Source: Sphaeroforma arctica JP610
Taxonomy: Eukaryota
Assembly: GCF_001186125.1 (NCBI RefSeq)
Contig: NW_014039802.1
Span: 1 to 32,328, forward strand
Direction of reading: 5' to 3'
DNA length: 32,328 bases
This document shows, piece after piece, positions 10,558 to 32,328 of this stretch (its first letter is position 1; every line of letters begins with the position of its first letter). The notes beneath the pieces were generated by a model. It made no database searches, was not told the origin of the DNA, and saw nothing but the letters and a program-made list of their open reading frames with translations. The position numbers and the translations under genes were made by a program.

Positions 10558-12303
10558 ATGGGTGGGTTGGTGGGTGGGTGTTGTCTATGAGTGCGCCTAG
10601 TTCAACTATTCGCGTCGTCACGCTGTTGTAATAGTGACTGTTTAATATTCACCTGTCCACGCTCACTTGCACACCAGCGTCTTGCATACCCGGTTGTGTA
10701 CAATATAATATATATATATATAAGAACAACACATCACTGATCAACCCGGCACTAACTTCTCTCAACCCCCTGCCCGCTGTAGACGCTTAAGCTACTACAT
10801 CCACGGGTGTGATGGCGTTAACCCCAACACGCAGCTGATCGAAGACAGTGCCCAGTGGATGGTACAGGCAGAGGATCTGCTGTGGGCACAGGTGGATGGC
10901 ACTGACAATTGCCCAGCCAACGCACACGACGACTACACCGACCTTATGACACGCCTCAACCAGACGGTGGATGTGGTAGGTGGTTGCTGTCATGTGAACG
11001 TACTGATTAAGCAGACGGTGGATGTGGTAGGTGGTTGCTGTCATGTGAACGTATTGATTAAGCAGACGGTGGATGTGGTAGGTGGTTGCTGTCATGTGAA
11101 CGTATTGATTAAGCAGACGGTGGATGTGGTAGATGGTTGCTGAGCCAATGGCGTGTCATGTGAACTTATTGATAGGGAATGGTACTTCCGCATCTACTAT
11201 CCCGCACGTCGTGTCATGTACAAGCACACCACACCCACTCGTGTGTGTGTCTGTTTTGACTGATATGCATACAGCAGCATACACCTCTTACACCACTTAT
11301 AGTAGTTTATTGTTATAAGCTGCTTACACCATTGGCGTCGTATCTTTCATCTGCAGGGACTGCAATTGGTGAACAGTGCGCGTGGCTATGTCTCCTGTCG
11401 CACGGTCAACGGAATATATTCCGAGGCTGTGCATTCGGTATGTGCTTAAGTGTGGGTTAGTTACGTGCGTAAGTGTGTTAGTTAAGTGTTCAAGTGTGTG
11501 CTAGTAAGTGTATGTGATGTATTTGAGCTGCCCATTGGTCTCCGAACGAATGTATGTCAGGTGGTCCTCTGGTTTTCATACAAAGTAGATGTAGTTTGTG
11601 TACTCACATCGCCTGTGCCCGCACGGATTGGTACTACCATCATCTCCACACCGCTTTACTCTGCGATCGACGACTTGATTTTGATATATGTCTACACAAG
11701 TATGCACTGTGTACAAACACATGCTCATATACACCTAGCTACACTGGCACACAAACATGCACTGGGCATAAACACATGCTCATATACACCACACAAGCAT
11801 GAACTGTGCATAAACACATGCTCATATACACCTAGCTACACTGACGCAAAGACTCACCATCACTTTTATTATTATCCAATGGACTCCATACACTCAATCG
11901 CATAGGCTACTTACTACAAATGACAAATGGGATCATAGTTAAAAAGAGGCTCTCCCCCAAAGATCAACATACAAACGTACAACACCTTCTCATGCACATA
12001 CACACAACACCTCCTCATGCATGACATCCTTCATCCACATACTCACACACAGTCCAATGACCTACCTCTGCACAGGCGGGGTGTGCGTCTGTGATGGACG
12101 GTCTGCTGTTCCTGTGGGCGGGTGCGCTGGTGTGTTCTGTGGCGTTTGCGGTGACTGTGATGGTGTACCCGAGGTATGTGACCACATCGCTGCAAGCCAT
12201 GGAGGACAAATGGGAGTCCACAACGTCGGTGACGGGGCTGAAAGAAAAGACCGGTACATGTCCCGGAAGTGAGGGCTGGGACGAGGCGTGGAGAAATTTG
12301 TAG
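6949..12303 (+). CDS. Tweety (TTYH)-family five-TM membrane protein, 8 exons, ~493 aa
   Basis: Exons 6949-7147, 8604-8782, 9136-9298, 9743-9855, 10149-10474, 10783-10975, 11357-11437, 12076-12303; all GT-AG and phase-consistent (1482 nt). Tweety motifs in order: YVPSATVQHLHAMPR (cf. TTYH1 YRPSAWVHLLHQLPR), GVAIYGD...QGI, DFCIAPDEY, YYIHGC...NP, CRTV...Y, GC...DGLLFL. Confidence 0.88.
7148..7650. repeat. Intronic minisatellite, 18/26-bp units (gggtaggtgatgtgtggtt[gtgtggtt])
   Basis: More than 20 tandem copies starting at the exon-1 donor. Confidence 0.9.
8604..8782 (+). CDS. Tweety-like exon 2 (end of TM1, TM2)
   Basis: Acceptor ccccctcgatag; GLVMLVGTLVFMCRC...LALLTIGACGVAIYGDVL; donor GTGTGT. 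Confidence 0.8.
9136..9298 (+). CDS. Tweety-like exon 3
   Basis: Acceptor ctctgcag; MAQGIDLFTNTYTNATDIIADIE...CPDTSETI; donor GTGGGT. Confidence 0.75.
9743..9855 (+). CDS. Tweety-like exon 4
   Basis: Acceptor gttgtgtag; EGAVAVVTAGSAQVVQELNNVVERVGEFYTNAEDYQDK; donor GTATGC. Confidence 0.75.
10149..10474 (+). CDS. Tweety-like exon 5 (TM3, TM4, DFCxxPD motif)
   Basis: Acceptor ccccctcag (in-frame alternative at 10173); two hydrophobic helices and DFCIAPDEY; donor GTAGGT. Confidence 0.82.
10783..10975 (+). CDS. Tweety-like exon 6
   Basis: Branch-like actaac and acceptor gctgtag; RLSYYIHGCDGVNPNTQL...RLNQTVDV; donor GTAGGT. Confidence 0.8.
10961..11143 (+). repeat. 51-bp tandem repeat (about 3.6 copies) spanning the exon-6 donor
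   Basis: Units start at 10961, 11012, 11063 and 11114. Confidence 0.95.
11357..11437 (+). CDS. Tweety-like exon 7
   Basis: Acceptor catctgcag; GLQLVNSARGYVSCRTVNGIYSEAVHS; donor GTATGT. Confidence 0.8.
12076..12303 (+). CDS. Tweety-like exon 8 (TM5, C-tail, stop)
   Basis: Acceptor ctctgcacag; AGCASVMDGLLFLWAGALVCSVAFAVTVMVYPR...WRNL*. Confidence 0.78.
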   Translation, partial: AGCASVMDGLLFLWAGALVCSVAFAVTVMVYPRYVTTSLQAMEDKWESTTSVTGLKEKTGTCPGSEGWDEAWRNL

Positions 12304-12439
12304 CTGGGTCGATGGTAGTACCATTGGCGGGTTAGGACGGATGTATCGATACGTGGGTGCTAGTGAGCATTGCAAGACATGTCGACAAGGAGGCATTATA
12401 GGATACAATAGTTGATCAGTACGAATACGTTTCATAGTA

Positions 12440-13490
12440 ATTGGACAAGTATTGTAATGATTAGATAAATAAATAGGATAATAATTAGACAAAAAGTAGT
12501 ACAATAATTGAACATACAAGTATCTATAGTACTTGAACAAATAAACTATTATAAAAATTGGACAAAGTAGTTTTTTGTTTTACTTGGATAACTAAAGTGG
12601 TACAATAATTGAACATACAAGTATCTATAGTACTTGAACAAATAAACTATTATAAAAATTGGACAAAGTAGTATATATAGTACTTGGATAGCTAAAGTAG
12701 TACAAAATTTTAAAAACAAATGAGTATTGTAATATAATAAATAAACAAATAATTAGACAAATAGGTGGTATAGAAAGTATCAAACAAGTATTATACTATA
12801 ATAATTAGACAAATAAGTATCATAATAGTTAGACAACTAATAAGTAATACATACAATTATTAAACGAATAAGCATTATACTAAAATAATTAAACAAATAA
12901 GCATTATAATATAATAATTAGACAAATAAGTAGTATAATAGTTAGACAACGAATAGTAATACATACAATAATTAAACAAATAAGCATTATACTAAAATAA
13001 TTAGACAAACAAGTATTATACTACGATAAATAGACCAATAAGTATTATAATAACTATTAGACAACTAACAAGTAATACATACAATAATTAAACAAATAAG
13101 CATTATACTATAATAATTGGACCAATAATTATACTATGATAATTAGACCAATAAGTATAAAATAATAATTAGACAACTAATAAGTAATACATACAATAAT
13201 TTAACAAATATTAAAGCATTATACTATAATAATTGGACAAATAAGTATAATACTGTAATATAATTAGACCAATAAGTATTATAATAATTAGACAAAAGTA
13301 CTATAATAATTTGACAACTATGTACTACAATAATTAAACAAATAAGTACTTGTAATATATTAATTGGACAAATAGCTAATTTAATAATTAGACAAAAGTA
13401 TGATAATATTTAGACAACTAAGTACTACAATGAATAAACAAATAAGTATTATAATATAAAAATTAGCCAAATAATATTATAATTAGACCA
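12440..13490. repeat. Degenerate AT-rich satellite (ataattagacaaataagtattatact-like) with a ~101-bp-period duplication
   Basis: 12493-12571 is repeated at 12594-12672; the aattagac/aattggac core recurs dozens of times. Confidence 0.8.
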
Positions 13491-13774
13491 ACCGATGATG
13501 ATTACAGTAAAAGTAGACGTACAAATACTAATATAGGTGAGAGTGTACATACGGCTGCAGATGAATAGTTGGAATATTAGAAGAACTTTATGGAAGTGTA
13601 AAAAAGAGGGTATTGAGATTACTATACAAATGCAGACCAGATAAATATTAGACACCATTCAGCACTGCTCAAGAAAATTAAGGCGGGACTTCCCAAGGAA
13701 GTGTATGAGGAGGCTCCTACCCTCCATGACTCCCTCAACCCCCCCCCACCTACGTTAATGATCGGGGGATACTA

Positions 13775-14285
13775 AGCGACTAGAGAGACGGGTAGTTTAT
13801 GATTAGAGATATATCCAGGGTGGTGTCAACCTGTACTATTGATATAATAAGCGGCTAGAGTGACGAGTAGTTTATGATTAGAGATGTATCCAGGGTGGTG
13901 TCAACCTGTACTATTAATAAAATTAGCAGCTAGAGTGACGGGTAGTTTACAATTAGAGATGGATCGAAGGTGGTGTCAACCTCCACTATTAATATAATAA
14001 GCGGCTAGAGTGACGGGTAGTTTATGAGTAAAGATGTATCGAAGGTGGTGTCAACCTGCACTATTAATCTAGTAGACGGTTAGAGAGACGGATAGTTTAT
14101 GATTAGAGATGTATCGAAGGTGGTGTCAACCTGCATTATTAATCTAGTAGACGGTTAGAGAGACGGATAGTTTATGATTAGAGATGTATCCAGGGTGGTG
14201 TCAGCGTGCGCTATTAATATAATAAGCGGCTAGAGAGATTGGTAGTTTACGGTTAGAGATGTATCCAGGGTGTTGTGAGCCTACG
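13775..14285. repeat. 75-bp tandem repeat, 7 copies
   Basis: tggtgtcaac core (last two copies degenerate) at 13821, 13896, 13971, 14046, 14121, 14196 and 14271. Confidence 0.95.
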
Positions 14286-14459
14286 CTAGCCTTCTCCTGC
14301 TCTAGCCGTCTCTATTTCATTGAGATATTCCACAGATTGAGAGGTAGACATGTGGCTCACGTGGTCGATCATAACACCTTTCGAAGGGCAGGTGCAAAAC
14401 CTGTCCTCCTACACCCTCGTTATAGTAGAATGAAAGTAAGTAGCTAATAAAGGAAGACT

Positions 14460-15460
14460 ATAGTCAAAATGAAAATATCTCTGTTTAGGCGTTACACAAT
14501 TCGTAGGGTAAATACGAGAGATAGATGAGTATTTCCCGGATGATGATCGATCACAATAGTTAGCTGTATGACAGAAGTAAAGATAGTTCTATCTTTCTTC
14601 TCAGGAGACAAACCTAGGGTCACCTCACTATTTAAGTTAGCTACACTATTCACTATTTAGTCATTAGAATGTAGTGTACTTAGGTTCCCAACGTGAAGTA
14701 TAGGCCATGAGCACATTAGTCTAGTCTTAAGTCTCTGTTCCCTCCCTTTTGCCCGGGATCTCTGAGTCGTACTCCTATTAATAGTGACTTGACACGTGAG
14801 ATATAGTTAAAGGTACCTAGTATAAAATCTACAATATAACTCATGGATCCAAAACATATTTAAATTAGTGCTCAATAGCTGAGCTGAATAAAAAAGAATC
14901 ATGTGTTTATGTGAACACAAGTAATATTTGATAGCCATAAAAGGTTGGATGTAGAGTTAAGTATCATCCTGGGTTGTATTACCCTCGGGCACATGAAGCA
15001 GTGTCTATCTAAGGCTGTAGTATAAATAAGGTATATTAGTGTCAAATTATCTAGTTGGCAGCTATATCTAGTGCCATGTCATTTAATAGGGTTGAACCAC
15101 CTATATATCTGATAAGAGGAGCTGCCTCTTAACTTGTTCTATTTCAGGCTGGTGCCATTCAATATAGGGTTTTATATAGGAGTCCAGTGCGCAAATAGTC
15201 GAAGTGGTCAGTGGTGCACTGGGTCGCATTGAGATTATTAAAAAGACAATTAGAGATGACACTCTGAGTGAACTTCAATGCGTAGCACAACCCCTATTAT
15301 GTCCACAGCACAGTGAATATATGTTCCAGAAAAGATGTCTGCTGATCAAATCTTATTCTTCCTAGAATGACACTCATAGGATACCTTTAATCCACTCCCA
15401 AATATGTCTTCAATAAATCATCAGATCACTTCTCATCAATAACTTAATAGCCTAATATAT
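14460..15460 (-). mobile_element. Possible highly decayed Ty1/copia pol (RT-RNase H) relic
   Basis: Collinear broken motifs on the minus strand: KTYLGVD (~15404), MRP (15229), VKR then LIRYIGG (15136-15096), LLWLS (14943), IIIRE (14547), YLP (14514), DIF (14479). Many stops and frameshifts, and spacing is imperfect. Confidence 0.33.
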
Positions 15461-16823
15461 AACCAATTTCCTTTTCTTTGTATGATGTCTACTTACCCAA
15501 ATGAGTTTTATAGTATATTAACAGAATGTGTATACCTGTAAGGTATCTAGACACCCCCTCTGCCGTAGATCCGAAGGGCTGCTATGCTAGGCTACTCCCG
15601 GAGGGATTCCCGAAGGGAGTGTAGGAGGGCAACCAGGGGATACCATTCACTACTCTTCCCTTAAGATTGAGGGGGGGGGGGGACTTGTGGTAGGGTTACC
15701 CCTCTGCCACTCCCCCCTATGATAAATATAATGAATGAGGGAGGCCTGCATGCCTGTCTGCGTGTAGGAGGGTTATCACCCTCCACCAGGTGTGGTACGA
15801 TCCTCTAGCTACCATCCCCCGCTTAGTGTGTGTCCTAACATTATGCTGTCTCTACCATCGCGTCAATATAAAGAGTGAACGTATGAATACTTTCCATATA
15901 CTTGCGTCGTCGCATCTCTATTCCTGTGGTTCCACCGAGCAGGCTGCTACCAGAGGGACTACTATTTGCCAATGTTTTGGGTTATAGCTCGCAGAACGAA
16001 CGAATTAGCACTTTTTTTAGTATTATTACCGGTGGTGCGTGACGAGTGCCAATCGGTAATTATTTGGTGTTTGTATACACATACTGTATAAAGAATCCTT
16101 AGGTGTATAAGAAATCGATGGTATCATATGGAGTGTTTGTGTGCATAGTTTAACATTGCACCAAATACAGTAAATATAACTCCTTGGTATATATGTTTGA
16201 AACAACTCAGGAGTTCTGCCAAGTACAACCGGACACTCTTTGATACAACACTTGCGCTAGATACATTTAAATTGCAAGTGCACTGAAACGTAGGCCCGCC
16301 CTCTTTCAGACACATTTAAATTTGATTCAAAGTTTATTATTAGACATATTAAAGTTCATTATTAGATATACAAGGGCGGGTTATTCGCTACCCACGTCCT
16401 CATACACTCCCTGAGATTGCACCACAACGCAACTGCCCTCCAGCTGGCTGTGTGTATTTCAAATCTCTCGTATTTGGCTGCACCTTCCGTTGTCTATGGC
16501 CTATGTTGCCAATGGTTCGTATCTATAGACACACTTAACACTGAGCAACGGAGAGGCGATCGTGCCCGAATGTGCCTGATCAGAACCAGCGCAGACCTCG
16601 CACTCAGCCACAGCCTGGCTGTCAGTTGGTCATCCCCTCACCACAGCCTGGTTGTCTGATACCCTGTTGGTTGCCTCATTGTTGTTTCACCTCTTCTTGG
16701 GGTTGGCTGTTTCCCGCGGACCCATACATCAAATATGCAGGTGTATATACATTGCTGTGTGTGTGTTGCTGTGTGTATGTCACTTGTGTGCTGTGTGTGT
16801 GTTGCTGTGTGTGTGTAGGTAGT

Positions 16824-32290
<15,467 letters not shown>

Positions 32291-32328
32291 CTGTATGCGA
32301 GGGTCAGGGGTGTCAGATGATCAGCTAT

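Noticed and set aside
13775..14285. Regularly spaced repeats as a CRISPR-like array (also the arrays at 25640 and 29985)
   Set aside because: Whole units are repeated with no unique spacers, there are no cas genes, and the context is eukaryotic

Overview
Eukaryotic genomic window rich in spliceosomal GT-AG introns and (TA)n/(CA)n microsatellites. Its style suggests a non-animal eukaryote, possibly an ichthyosporean, but that is only a guess. Three genes can be reconstructed by hand. (1) 1201-2256 (+): an intronless, acidic, secreted cysteine-rich repeat protein in an AT-rich island. (2) 6949-12303 (+): an 8-exon Tweety (TTYH)-family membrane protein of about 493 aa with phase-consistent splicing. 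(3) 16824 to beyond 32290 (-): a gene with at least 13 exons whose 5' end lies outside the window. It encodes at least about 2430 aa with two ATRX-type ADD zinc-finger domains, a roughly 1700-aa Thr/Ala/Pro/Lys-rich disordered region and a short unassigned C-terminal domain, and it has no SNF2 ATPase or DNA methyltransferase domain downstream of the ADDs. The convergent gap between genes 2 and 3 holds an AT satellite, a 75-bp array and a possible very decayed copia pol relic. Several intronic minisatellites are amplified copies of the adjacent splice junction itself, and telomere-like TTT(T)AGGG tracts are scattered through the window, one between duplicated donor sites. All gene models are manual and need RNA-seq confirmation.
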